From a virus: DNA of 64,000 nucleotides. Positions within the stretch are counted from its first letter, which is position 1. The number at the start of each line of letters is the position of its first letter. Location of the stretch: IMG/VR virus record IMGVR_UViG_3300020438_003204, positions 3,759 to 67,758 of that record; one strand, 5' to 3'. Below, piece after piece: positions 18,593 to 28,585 of the stretch. The translations under genes were made by a program, and so were the position numbers. The notes beneath the pieces were generated by a model. It was given only the letters and a program-made list of their open reading frames with translations. It was not told the origin of the DNA and ran no database searches.

Positions 18593-19929
18593 TAAATTTT
18601 TCCGAACTTTTCTTCTATTAGATATCTCAGATACTCATACCCGCTATACCAATTTACTTTATAATTATCATCAGTGTCACTGACAGTTTCTTCACAATTT
18701 GGATCGTAGTGAGCAGGTATTATTAGTTCACGTAACATTCCCCCAAAAGCATTAATAGGGTTGTCTTCTATGTCTTTAGGAGTATACTCCAATTGATTAA
18801 ATTCAATAAAATTAAAAAACTTGCCAAGAGATGCATGTATATTCAATCCCAAATAATAGTTACTATTGTTGATAAAGTCCTTAAAGTTAATATCGTGTGT
18901 TTGTGTAGCTTGCTCTAATATAAAGTCTGTATAATGCTTTGCATAATGTATCATGCCTTCTTTGTTAAAAATTAAAGACATATCGTGTGGGAAATGATGT
19001 ATGTGTAGTTTTTTATCTGCTCGTTGTCTTGTATACATTACTGTGGGTAATTGATAGATGTCAAAAACATCTGGCTTTAATGACCGTCCCACTTGGAAAA
19101 AATTTTTAAATGTAGTATCATCTCCCACACTATAAAAAACATTCTTAAACAGCTCAGGATCGAGTTGAGTTGGATTTATTGATGAAAAATGTTTATTAGC
19201 ATTAAAATAAACGCCGTCATATCTAACTTTCATTACTATTGTATTATTATCAATATCATCGAACATGTCTGGATATTTTTTATAAGCAGATCCAACTTGA
19301 AAGTGTTGACCAAATCCATAAACACTTTTTATGTCTGGATTGTTTAACGTTGTTTGTATTCGGGCAAGCACTTCTTTATTATCAGCATAGTAAAAATCTA
19401 TGTTGTCTGCCTCGCTAAACACACTCTTACAGTATTTCTCAAAATCGTCTTGTTGTATTTTAAAGTGATAAACATCTTCTGTCTGTTCATGTAGGTAAGA
19501 AACAACATCATTATACTTTTCGATGTCATCGGTATCAAATGTTTTGTTAGTATTGTATTGATTAGGATAAAAAATTTGTGTTACATCATCTGAGTTTTTT
19601 ATAGTGTTAAATAATTTATAATAGATGTCGCCAAATCCAGATAGTCTGTTACAGATATGACCGCTTAATAATTCGTCAGTTTCATAAACAATAAATTTAC
19701 AGGTAACTTTTATATTTTTACTTTTGCATTGCTGAAAAAAACGGTTGTATTGTGTTAGTGCATATTGTTCCCATTTTTCTGTTCCAAAATAATTTAACTT
19801 TCCTACGAATAATAAACAGTAGTGGTCAAAGTCATGATTTGTTTCTTTAACATCTGATATATTATCACTAACTGTGACATGAAAATTTGGGTAGTGACTA
19901 GGAGCGATTGTATATTTAAAGTTTATCAT
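18592..19929 (-). CDS. Hypothetical protein of the RxRYD paralog family
   Basis: YCLLFVGK, AY...PDMFD, KVRYD shared with the N-half of 16391..18592. Confidence 0.6.
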   Translation of the reverse strand: MINFKYTIAPSHYPNFHVTVSDNISDVKETNHDFDHYCLLFVGKLNYFGTEKWEQYALTQYNRFFQQCKSKNIKVTCKFIVYETDELLSGHICNRLSGFGDIYYKLFNTIKNSDDVTQIFYPNQYNTNKTFDTDDIEKYNDVVSYLHEQTEDVYHFKIQQDDFEKYCKSVFSEADNIDFYYADNKEVLARIQTTLNNPDIKSVYGFGQHFQVGSAYKKYPDMFDDIDNNTIVMKVRYDGVYFNANKHFSSINPTQLDPELFKNVFYSVGDDTTFKNFFQVGRSLKPDVFDIYQLPTVMYTRQRADKKLHIHHFPHDMSLIFNKEGMIHYAKHYTDFILEQATQTHDINFKDFINNSNYYLGLNIHASLGKFFNFIEFNQLEYTPKDIEDNPINAFGGMLRELIIPAHYDPNCEETVSDTDDNYKVNWYSGYEYLRYLIEEKFGKI

Positions 19930-20813
19930 TGTTTACAGTACCATTCGTATGTTTCTTCAAGTGCATCTTCAACTGTGTATTCAGGTTGCCAACCCAGCGA
20001 CTGCAAACGCTTGTTACAGATAGCTCTGTTTTTGATACCTTCTGGTCTGTCTGTGTTATACCATAACCTACCTTTAAAACCGCTTATTGTTTTTAATGTT
20101 TCAGCAAGTTGTTTAATTGTAATCTCTACACCGCTTGCAATGTTAACTGTGTCAAACATATCGTTGTTTAATGTTAAATCCATTGCACGAACTGCATCTT
20201 TGATGTATAGTATGTCTCTGCTTTGATTACCGCTACCCCATATTTCTACTTCAGTGTGATCATTACGCACTGCGTCTACAAACTTTTGCATCAATGCACC
20301 AATTACATGTGCATGTTCACCTACACGGTCACCAGGACCAAACATGTTTGTATTGATAGCTGTACGCCAACGATAGTTGCGTTCTCTGTTTATAGCTCTG
20401 CACTGATACATGCCTACCAACTTGGGTAACGCTGTGGTCAAGTAACCTTCGTAAGGTTGACCAACCATAAGTTGTTTTTCGTCAAAAGGTTGTTCACCGT
20501 ATTGTGGATAGCTACATGTACTGCCTTGCAGTAATAGATTTTGTACACCTGCTTCCATACACACTTCGAATATATTGTTTTGTATTTTCAAATTACGCAA
20601 CATTAATTCACTGCCACGATCTAAATCTTCTTGTAATCCTCCCACAGTTGCGGCATTGATAACAACATGTGTAGGATTCTTTTGTAGTATATCTGTATAT
20701 GTGCTTAGGTAATGTGTATAGTCTGTTGTACTAGTATTACCACCATGAGCTTGTTTATACTCAGTATAATACTTTCCTACCAGTCCTCTATTGCCTGCAA
20801 TATAATAAGTCAC
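19926..20813 (-). CDS. fcl: GDP-L-fucose synthase-like epimerase/reductase
   Basis: IAG.RGLVG, AATVGG, GSTCSYP, NMFGPGD, HVI.AL..KF, EIWGSG...RD.LY..D, KP.G-like TDRPEG. Confidence 0.8.
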   Translation of the reverse strand: MTYYIAGNRGLVGKYYTEYKQAHGGNTSTTDYTHYLSTYTDILQKNPTHVVINAATVGGLQEDLDRGSELMLRNLKIQNNIFEVCMEAGVQNLLLQGSTCSYPQYGEQPFDEKQLMVGQPYEGYLTTALPKLVGMYQCRAINRERNYRWRTAINTNMFGPGDRVGEHAHVIGALMQKFVDAVRNDHTEVEIWGSGNQSRDILYIKDAVRAMDLTLNNDMFDTVNIASGVEITIKQLAETLKTISGFKGRLWYNTDRPEGIKNRAICNKRLQSLGWQPEYTVEDALEETYEWYCKQ

Positions 20814-22255
20814 GGGAAAACCACCAGATATTTTGAAAGTTCATTTAGTTTATAATCTTCTTTATAAACTCCAGTCCTTTCTAACCATTGCTTTGTTTCG
20901 CCGAGATTTTCAAAACTATCATATACCCAAGGTTCAGGATTTATAATAGCAACTCCGCCAGGGTTGAGATGTTTTCTTAAATTTTTAAACAGTATATCCC
21001 AATCGCGTTGATCGTAAACAGTAAAGTAAGTATGATGCTTGTCGTCTTTGCCCTGTGTTTGCCATTCTCTGTTTAATGTTTTGCCATCATAATGTATTAC
21101 GTCTTGTGTTTTCCAATATAAATTACTTTTAAATATTGTAATTAAATCATATTTTTTGTTTAGTTTAAAATCTTGTTGAGGCAACACTTCTAGTTCTTGT
21201 GGATTTAAATTAAACAGTTTCCACAGTTGCTGAAACTCACCGTCAAGTGAAGTTCTGTGATTGTAACAATCCGTAGTATCTATATTAGTAAATCCTAACT
21301 TTTGCATAATATAAGGCATTACACCGAACCACACACCAATATCAAGCCATTGAATATCTTTACTCATAACATTAATACCTATTTTATCAAGTGCTTTCAT
21401 ATGCACTTGCCAATAGTCCATACTGGTTGTGATTGATTTGAGATATCCAGTATCGGATACTATATCATAGTATGAGCTCCAGTCGGTGTTTAGTAATTCT
21501 TTTTCAAATGATTCACTTATATTCATTGCTTGGCCTTGTTTGTCTAAGAATGTATTAACTATATTAGAACATATTTGTCTATCATAGTCAACTTGTATAT
21601 TGTTTTTTTGCCAGTTACTGGTTGACAAATCTAAATCTTCATAGTACTCAGTAGTAATATGGTCAAATGAACTGGTCCATATATCATCTTTGGTTGTCTC
21701 TTGAACTATGCCTCTGAAATATTCATAGTCTATACTGTGTACTTCTTCGTCTTGTGCATTGTGCCAAATGTTGTCGTATGTTGCAAGATATTGACTAATG
21801 CATTGATCTACTTTGCTCTTACGTTGTAACTTAATAGTTTTATCACTGATATTTAATAACTGTTCTATATGGTGTTGTTTTAATCCGTGATATCTCATAA
21901 TTTTAACACACCAGTTGTCTAGTAGTTTGAGTCTATCTATTCTTATTTGTATGATGTTTAAAACATATTCTTTACTTGGGTACTCGTATCTTTTTATTTG
22001 TTGCATATTTTCATCATAGTCTAGTATATGATGATTGTCTGGCATATTAGGTTTAAGATCATATGCTGTGTCCCAGTCTAATATTCCTAATGCTTTGTTA
22101 AAGTCATCACTGAGTATATCTAAATTTAATTTAGAGCTCTCCTCTCTAGGCAATAACAAATCCATTGGACTTAAACATTCGTACAGAGGATTATCAAACT
22201 GACTACAACGAGCGTGACTACCTGCTCTCGGTGTGCTTATCAATATTGTCCGCAT
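20810..22255 (-). CDS. Fusion of a sulfotransferase-like N-domain and a class I SAM methyltransferase
   Basis: N-terminal STPRAGS loop and L.RK...DQCIS..LA (Stf0-like); C-terminal WLDIGVWFG, YDLIT, HLNPGG. Confidence 0.65.
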   Translation of the reverse strand: MRTILISTPRAGSHARCSQFDNPLYECLSPMDLLLPREESSKLNLDILSDDFNKALGILDWDTAYDLKPNMPDNHHILDYDENMQQIKRYEYPSKEYVLNIIQIRIDRLKLLDNWCVKIMRYHGLKQHHIEQLLNISDKTIKLQRKSKVDQCISQYLATYDNIWHNAQDEEVHSIDYEYFRGIVQETTKDDIWTSSFDHITTEYYEDLDLSTSNWQKNNIQVDYDRQICSNIVNTFLDKQGQAMNISESFEKELLNTDWSSYYDIVSDTGYLKSITTSMDYWQVHMKALDKIGINVMSKDIQWLDIGVWFGVMPYIMQKLGFTNIDTTDCYNHRTSLDGEFQQLWKLFNLNPQELEVLPQQDFKLNKKYDLITIFKSNLYWKTQDVIHYDGKTLNREWQTQGKDDKHHTYFTVYDQRDWDILFKNLRKHLNPGGVAIINPEPWVYDSFENLGETKQWLERTGVYKEDYKLNELSKYLVVFP

Positions 22256-23408
22256 GTACTACCTCCACTTCTGGCATTGCAAACACTAGTCTACCACCAT
22301 CCAGTATCCAATCTTTTAATTTTTCAACAAATATATCTTTGAATCCAAAGTTTGGAACAAAAAGTAAATCTGCTTTTTGTAATACTTCTTTTTCATCCTC
22401 TATTAGAATATCAGTACCTACTGTATATCTACCAATCTTATCTGGATGTATCTCTGCGGCTCCTTCGAAGTATTCGCCTAGTTTCCATATTTGTAGCATA
22501 GTATTACCTTTTGTACTTGCGCCATATACATAACATTTACTATCATTCTTTTTTGCATCGCTGAGAATTGCTCTAAGAAGTACTCCGTGTTGTTTTATTT
22601 TTTCAAAAAATGATCCAATAGTTGCTATCTCTTCAAAGTAAGTTATACTACCACTATGATATAGTCCTGCATATATTTGGTAGCTACCGCCTTGTATGTC
22701 ATTCTCTTTAACTTCATTTATTTGTAAGCCATTACGTTCGTATAGTTCTACTAAACTTCTATAGCTGTAGTATTCTAAATGTTCGTGACAAACATTTCCC
22801 AAGTCTGTTTTAGCTAGCATAGGAGCAAGTGTCATTAGCTGTGCAATAAACACACCATCTTCTGTGAGTACATCTGCAACACCTTTTATAAAGTCATTGG
22901 GATCATCCATATCATAAAACATGCCAATAGCTGTAACTACTTTGCATTTGTGATGTAGCTTTGAACTATCCCACATTGTGGGCAACACTACATCAGCATG
23001 TTCACATAGTTTTGACCACAAATTGCTAGCAGGTTCACATCCTATGCGGACTCTATCTTGTTCTACACCACTTAATAGTGTACCATCATTTGCTCCGATA
23101 TCTAACACACAATCGCCAGTCTGTGTGTGTTGGTTTGCAATATCAGCAATGTCTAGTAGATTTTGTTTTAGTTTTGGATTTAATGCACTTTCGTACCAGT
23201 AGTGATCTCCATATAATATTTGTGGATCTACTGTGTGTCGCATTTGTACTAGACTACAACTCAAACATTGATCTAGTATCATAGGCGCTTGGCCTTTATT
23301 CTTCTGTGGCTCGATAGGAAAATCGTTGATATAGATTTTACCAAAGTCGATGATTTCCATAACGTCTCTGCCGCAAACACGACATTGTTTTGCTTCATTG
23401 ATTACCAC
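22218..23408 (-). CDS. NDP-hexose C-methyltransferase (Zn-binding N-domain, class I MTase)
   Basis: CRVC..CLSC.LVQ, VLDIGANDG, CHEHLEYYS, YGASTKGNT, KIGRY..G..I.I. Confidence 0.88.
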   Translation of the reverse strand: MVINEAKQCRVCGRDVMEIIDFGKIYINDFPIEPQKNKGQAPMILDQCLSCSLVQMRHTVDPQILYGDHYWYESALNPKLKQNLLDIADIANQHTQTGDCVLDIGANDGTLLSGVEQDRVRIGCEPASNLWSKLCEHADVVLPTMWDSSKLHHKCKVVTAIGMFYDMDDPNDFIKGVADVLTEDGVFIAQLMTLAPMLAKTDLGNVCHEHLEYYSYRSLVELYERNGLQINEVKENDIQGGSYQIYAGLYHSGSITYFEEIATIGSFFEKIKQHGVLLRAILSDAKKNDSKCYVYGASTKGNTMLQIWKLGEYFEGAAEIHPDKIGRYTVGTDILIEDEKEVLQKADLLFVPNFGFKDIFVEKLKDWILDGGRLVFAMPEVEVVHADNIDKHTESR

Positions 23409-24931
23409 GGATTGATCACCTTACTATTTTCAGACGGCTCATGTCCGTACCATCTATCATGTGCTATTATATAACAATAATCGCCTTTTGTCAAATGGTC
23501 TTCGTAGTAGACAGTGCCTCCAAGTTTTTCTATATAGTCTGCAACTACTAAACTGTAACTGCCTTCAGTACTATCAACACCCGGCTTGTAACTTTTACCC
23601 AGTATAATCACAGGCAATTCAGTTGCTACTGCACGTTGCGCCATCAGTTCAGCTTGTGCTAGTCTGGTTGTGTGTTGATTCCATGCAGGGTCATAGTTTA
23701 ATTTCCTACTTACATAACTCATCATTAAATTGTCTCTTGGATGACAAGGACCTCCGTCACCCCAGCCTGGTTTCATATATGCATTACTTGTTATTAATTG
23801 GTCTGACGAACCTAACCATTGCATTACATTTGTAGCATTCGCATTGCCTACTGTTTCAGCTAGGTCACCTGCCCAATTGGCAAAGTTTATTTTTTGTATT
23901 ATCCATGCATTATACAATGCTTTGGCTAGCTCTGCTTCTTGCCATGTTCCCCAATGCTGTACTGCATAACTGATGCGTTCAACTAGTGTTTGAATTCTTT
24001 GGTCATACTCGCCGCCTATAAACCAACAGTCGGGTGTTGTTATACCTTGCATAACATTACCTTGACTTATTAAAAAAGGCATGTATATTAACTTGCAATC
24101 AGTTTCAATTTTAGCACAAGTACCCGGACTAACTGTGCAACCAACAATAACTGTTTTGTTTGAAAAATTGCTTAGTGCTGACTTTAAGTTTGTGTAATCA
24201 AAATCTTTTTCACCTTCAACTGTTGGAGTGTCAACACAAATCCATATTATATCACATTTTTTTACACTGTCAAGTCCGTCATATTCATTTCTTGTATCAT
24301 ACCTCTTGACAACAACGTTGTGTTGTGTTAGAGCATCATACAATACACTTCCAATATTACCAACTCCTACAATACCTACACTGGGCACAACTAAGTTTAT
24401 ATCTGGTCTGTATTTTATTATTGCACTACTTTTGTGCAACTGTTTTTCAATTTGTTTTTTAGCATCTGGATCTATTGCACTGCGAACTTGCTTTGGTAAT
24501 TTCATTTGTTCAATAACACTGTCTATATGTTTGTGTCCGACAGGATTTAGATAGTCTAAGTTTATAAAATATTTTATATTATATGGATCTAAAAAACTTT
24601 TTTGTGTTCTAAAGTGAGGATCTCTGGTTAGGTCATTGCTGTTAATAAAATGTAAGCATTCTTGTAAACTGTAGTTTTGGTTTTGCATTGCCCGCCATAT
24701 TTGTCCTGCTATTCTTTTATTTGGATGTCTAACAAATGCATATCCTGTATAGTCTGACAGATCGTAGTCGTATTCTAGTGTATATCCAAACTGTTCTGCA
24801 AGGTGCATAAACTCAGTATTAGCATTTCTCCAAATTGGTACAAAGAATACTTTTTCCACAGCATTAACCCATATAGCATTTTCCCATATTGCCATATCAG
24901 TAACTTGTTCTATTACTTGTTGTGGTTTCAT
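23402..24931 (-). CDS. Fusion of a sulfotransferase-like N-domain and a UDP-glucose/GDP-mannose 6-dehydrogenase
   Basis: N: FVPIWRNANT, FVRHP..R, DPHFRTQ. C: GIVGVGNIG, ICVDTP, AELAK...N....KI.FAN, GGPCHPRD, LGKSYKP. Confidence 0.8.
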   Translation of the reverse strand: MKPQQVIEQVTDMAIWENAIWVNAVEKVFFVPIWRNANTEFMHLAEQFGYTLEYDYDLSDYTGYAFVRHPNKRIAGQIWRAMQNQNYSLQECLHFINSNDLTRDPHFRTQKSFLDPYNIKYFINLDYLNPVGHKHIDSVIEQMKLPKQVRSAIDPDAKKQIEKQLHKSSAIIKYRPDINLVVPSVGIVGVGNIGSVLYDALTQHNVVVKRYDTRNEYDGLDSVKKCDIIWICVDTPTVEGEKDFDYTNLKSALSNFSNKTVIVGCTVSPGTCAKIETDCKLIYMPFLISQGNVMQGITTPDCWFIGGEYDQRIQTLVERISYAVQHWGTWQEAELAKALYNAWIIQKINFANWAGDLAETVGNANATNVMQWLGSSDQLITSNAYMKPGWGDGGPCHPRDNLMMSYVSRKLNYDPAWNQHTTRLAQAELMAQRAVATELPVIILGKSYKPGVDSTEGSYSLVVADYIEKLGGTVYYEDHLTKGDYCYIIAHDRWYGHEPSENSKVINPW

Positions 24932-26067
24932 AGTATTTTTTTAAATAACTCCAATTGACTTTGCATCCATAATGTATTATAGTGCTTGCGATTATATTCT
25001 AATATTTCTATCATATCGTTGCTATATCCTTGTGTGATATCAATATTATTTCTTATCCAATCTAACGTTTGTAGTGCGGTATCTATACGCTGTTTTGCTG
25101 TATCAAGTTTATCATAACGTTCATCCCAAAAGTCACCAAATGTGCGAAAACCTAAAGATCTAAGTTCATGCAAACTTCCTCTATCTCCAAACACTACAAA
25201 AGGTTTTCCTAATACAATACTCCTACTTACTTTTTCAGTTAGAAATACTTTGTGATTACTACAATTAAATTCGCCAACAATATCTAAATAAGTTTGGTCA
25301 CTGTAGTATTTTAAATCTGTTATCTCAGGCATATGCTGTTTGTCTGTAACTGCACTATAACCATGATCCAATCTCTTTTTTAATTTTCTAAACGTTAGAT
25401 CAATATCCTTAGAATTCAAATACTCGCTTAGGAACTTAGTAAACTCTTTGTTAGAAAAATTTTCTAAATCGTGTAAACTATATATACAGTTATCAAACAA
25501 GTCCATTTTGTATGCCTGATGTAGTGCATATACTCTGTGTTCTCTGCACCTTCTATTAAGCCATAAAAAATGTTTTTGCATTGGTGTTGTATTGTACAAC
25601 ACCTCAATGTTATGAGAGAATTCAAAGTATCTATTAAATGGTTCGTTATAATTTACTATGGGCCAATCGTCAAACTGTTCTACATATTGTATACTACTAG
25701 GACTTACAAAAGCACTGTTATCTAAGATGCTGTAGCGTTTACAAAGTTCATAACAAATTTTATAAAGGTCTAAACTAATTAAATTACCACTCAGCTGATT
25801 GTGCGTTTCATTTACATTTACTGTGTGCCACCAATCTGTAAACATGAATATAAGTTTTGTTTTTCTATCTAATATATCCTGCCATACATCTGGATAGATA
25901 GTATCTAAATTTGAAAAATAATGTACTTGATCAAAAGGTATATCAGTGTGTGCTAAATGAAAAGGTGTATCCAACACCAGACAATGTTTACTGCCTTGAG
26001 AAATAAGATCAAGTGTAGTTCCACGCAACGGTCTGTGAGATTCACTAATGGGATGTAAGTTATTCAT
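24928..26067 (-). CDS. Hypothetical glycosyltransferase-like (GT10/GT-B-like) protein
   Basis: FLWLNRR.R.HR, IV.E...FLTEK..R.I..GKPF...G....L..LR.LGF.TF..FWDE.YD. Start at MNNLHP (26067) preferred over 26127. Confidence 0.55.
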   Translation of the reverse strand: MNNLHPISESHRPLRGTTLDLISQGSKHCLVLDTPFHLAHTDIPFDQVHYFSNLDTIYPDVWQDILDRKTKLIFMFTDWWHTVNVNETHNQLSGNLISLDLYKICYELCKRYSILDNSAFVSPSSIQYVEQFDDWPIVNYNEPFNRYFEFSHNIEVLYNTTPMQKHFLWLNRRCREHRVYALHQAYKMDLFDNCIYSLHDLENFSNKEFTKFLSEYLNSKDIDLTFRKLKKRLDHGYSAVTDKQHMPEITDLKYYSDQTYLDIVGEFNCSNHKVFLTEKVSRSIVLGKPFVVFGDRGSLHELRSLGFRTFGDFWDERYDKLDTAKQRIDTALQTLDWIRNNIDITQGYSNDMIEILEYNRKHYNTLWMQSQLELFKKIL

Positions 26068-27286
26068 GCCAGTATTCCTCAAATTCAGGTATAAACGAAA
26101 GTATGCTTTGTTTGCGTACTTTGTCAAGTTGATTTGTTTCTACTATAAACTGTTCCCACTTATCCGGATCACGCTCTGTATTCATTACATGCTCTAATAA
26201 ACTGCGATTGTTTGACACCTCCCAATCTTCTGCATCAGCATTTTCTATTGCTGTGATAGCTTGTTCATAGCCTTTGTCTTTGAGTGATTGTGGCAAATGT
26301 ATTGCATCCATCTGTGCAGGTTGTGTTACTTGTATTAGAAAAGGTAGAGTTGGGCCTATAGGCAATGTTGCTGTATAGTTGTACAAGTTACCTAAGTCGA
26401 GCCATGTTAAACTACTCAATGTACTGTGTACCTGTAATCGTAGTTTGTCCTCTCCTAGTTCTTGCTGTAGTTCAAATACTCTATTGAGATTACGTTCCCA
26501 CTTGCTCCATTTGCCGGGCCATCTAACATATTCATTTACGCCTTCAACACCATCACAACTCATGTTGATGTGTATGCTTTTGAACTGCTTCCACAAGTCG
26601 TATACTTTAGATTGTATTGCTAGCATGTTGCTGTTGAACTGTACTACAATATCTTTGGATCTTCCGCTATCAATTATATGTTGTAGTATCTCATAGTACT
26701 TTGCATTAAACAATGGTTCGCCGCCTAGCATGTTTACATGTTTAAGTGTGGGTAATATTTCTGCAAATATTTTATCAAACTGTGGAGTGTAGTACCATTC
26801 AAATTTATCTTTGTTTAGATGTGGTGCAGTATCCCAAAAATCTAACTGAGGATTTTTATAAATCTCATCAGCCCACATACTGCTACTCCAAGGGTTACAC
26901 ATTCTACATTGTATATTACATTTGTTGCCTAGTGTAAACTCTACATATTCAATTTTTATCTCATGTTGAAACTTATCTTTGGTACCACATTTAAAAATAT
27001 CGTTCCACATATTACGATAGCTTTCGCCACCATTAAGTTCACTTACCCAACATCTATCACAGAACGTGTGCTTGTGATTTTTTTCTATGTCTTTTCTTAA
27101 TTCTACATGCGGTTGCCCTGTTAACAAGTCAGCAAGATTATCACTATTCCATATGCTTTTAAATTTCCATTTGGTATCTCTAAAACTTTGCTTGTGAAAG
27201 TTATAGTTACAACAAGGACGTACTTGACCTTGTGGGTCAATACTCAAATGATTGTAAGCCAATACGCAATAGGTTTCTTCTTCCAT
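26060..27286 (-). CDS. Radical SAM protein with N-terminal twitch domain
   Basis: YCVLAY..RPCC..CDRCW, CNIQCRMC, MLGGEP. Confidence 0.9.
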   Translation of the reverse strand: MEEETYCVLAYNHLSIDPQGQVRPCCNYNFHKQSFRDTKWKFKSIWNSDNLADLLTGQPHVELRKDIEKNHKHTFCDRCWVSELNGGESYRNMWNDIFKCGTKDKFQHEIKIEYVEFTLGNKCNIQCRMCNPWSSSMWADEIYKNPQLDFWDTAPHLNKDKFEWYYTPQFDKIFAEILPTLKHVNMLGGEPLFNAKYYEILQHIIDSGRSKDIVVQFNSNMLAIQSKVYDLWKQFKSIHINMSCDGVEGVNEYVRWPGKWSKWERNLNRVFELQQELGEDKLRLQVHSTLSSLTWLDLGNLYNYTATLPIGPTLPFLIQVTQPAQMDAIHLPQSLKDKGYEQAITAIENADAEDWEVSNNRSLLEHVMNTERDPDKWEQFIVETNQLDKVRKQSILSFIPEFEEYWHE

Positions 27287-27606
27287 TATTTTTTATATGC
27301 CTTGATACTTGTTATTTTGTCGTTACTAATAGTTAGTACGTCAATAACTGATAATTGTTCTTGTTCGTTGACATGCACTGTTATTTGTGCCATAACTTGA
27401 TTTGTACTTGTAGCCATATCGTGTACAGTAACATGTATTCCTGGTACTGCATCAAATATTTTTTGATTAGCACTGATAACTGCTTCTAGTCCACTTTCAC
27501 TAATTTCCCAATCTGTTAGTGTTACTGCATCATGCAGTAAAGGTCTTAGTTGTTCTACGCTGTTTGCATTCCATGCATCAAAGTATTGCTGTACTAGTTG
27601 TTCCAT
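27286..27606 (-). CDS. SnoaL/NTF2-like protein
   Basis: LVQQYFDAWNA...L..LL...V...D......G...V pattern; about 106 aa; ends KI..I.AY. Confidence 0.8.
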   Translation of the reverse strand: MEQLVQQYFDAWNANSVEQLRPLLHDAVTLTDWEISESGLEAVISANQKIFDAVPGIHVTVHDMATSTNQVMAQITVHVNEQEQLSVIDVLTISNDKITSIKAYKK

Positions 27607-28585
27607 AATTTCTATCCTTGTATTTTGTTATATAAATGTCTGTACCACAGTGACAGTGACTTTTTGGACATATCACACTTTCTGGCAAATCTAACTGTAA
27701 ATTAGGATCGTACAAGTTTCCTACCTGAGGCATAACACCACAACTACCCATATCTATTTTACCTTCACAGTTAATAAAAATACTTTCCATTGGTATCAAA
27801 CATTTCCATCCTTTGAAGTAATTACGACTTTCTGCTACCAGTCTATTACAATTAATAGGCTGTACTGATCCATCGTCATATACTTCAACACTTGCCATAC
27901 CTTCAGCTTTAGCAGGTACACCAAACTTTATATCTTGTTCTAGGTTCGTAGTTTCTAAAAACTTTTTATGCTCTGGATTTTTATAGTTGTACGGTCGAGT
28001 GGTATGACTTAGTTCTTCAAATATCGGAACGTATTCAATACGCCAGTTTTCATCTTTCATCTCTTGCTTTATACGTTTGCTGAAATCTATTACTTGATCC
28101 CATGTGGGTTCATGCATCATCATACGACCACACAAGTAATTTACTTTATCACTTAGGTATTTGTATATTTCCAAATAGTGATCACTGTCTACAAACTCTG
28201 GATGATAGCTTGCTACTACGTCATCAAAGTAGTGTACATTCTTTTCCCACCATTTTAGTTTACTGCTTAAATTTGTGTTTACTGCAAACTTGACTTCACT
28301 CATTCCGCTTGCTAATATATGATCCATTACTTTAGTAAGTGGTTTCCAATAGCAAGGTTCACCTCCACTAAAGAATACTTTTAGTCTTGTATATCCTCTA
28401 GCAAGTTCATAGTCAATCAGTTTGGTCAATCCTGCTTTTATAGCTTCAACATCTAAATTTAAATTACTACCATTCCAGTTGTATTCATTACAGTAGGTAC
28501 AGCGAAAGTTACACAAGTTGCTTACTTGCCATGTAATATTAACAAACGGATCACCTGCTTGTTCTATTCTTGTTAGTTGATTCAT
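27578..28585 (-). CDS. Radical SAM protein with C-terminal Cys-rich domain
   Basis: CNFRCTYC, FSGGEP, C-terminal WKC..SC..ICPKSHCHC. Paralog of 2498..3469. Confidence 0.9.
   Translation of the reverse strand: MNQLTRIEQAGDPFVNITWQVSNLCNFRCTYCNEYNWNGSNLNLDVEAIKAGLTKLIDYELARGYTRLKVFFSGGEPCYWKPLTKVMDHILASGMSEVKFAVNTNLSSKLKWWEKNVHYFDDVVASYHPEFVDSDHYLEIYKYLSDKVNYLCGRMMMHEPTWDQVIDFSKRIKQEMKDENWRIEYVPIFEELSHTTRPYNYKNPEHKKFLETTNLEQDIKFGVPAKAEGMASVEVYDDGSVQPINCNRLVAESRNYFKGWKCLIPMESIFINCEGKIDMGSCGVMPQVGNLYDPNLQLDLPESVICPKSHCHCGTDIYITKYKDRNYGTTSTAIL

Noticed and set aside
18592-19929. Apparently higher AT content suggesting recent horizontal acquisition
   Set aside because: An impression only; it cannot be quantified here and may reflect the Asn/Phe/Tyr/Lys-rich protein.
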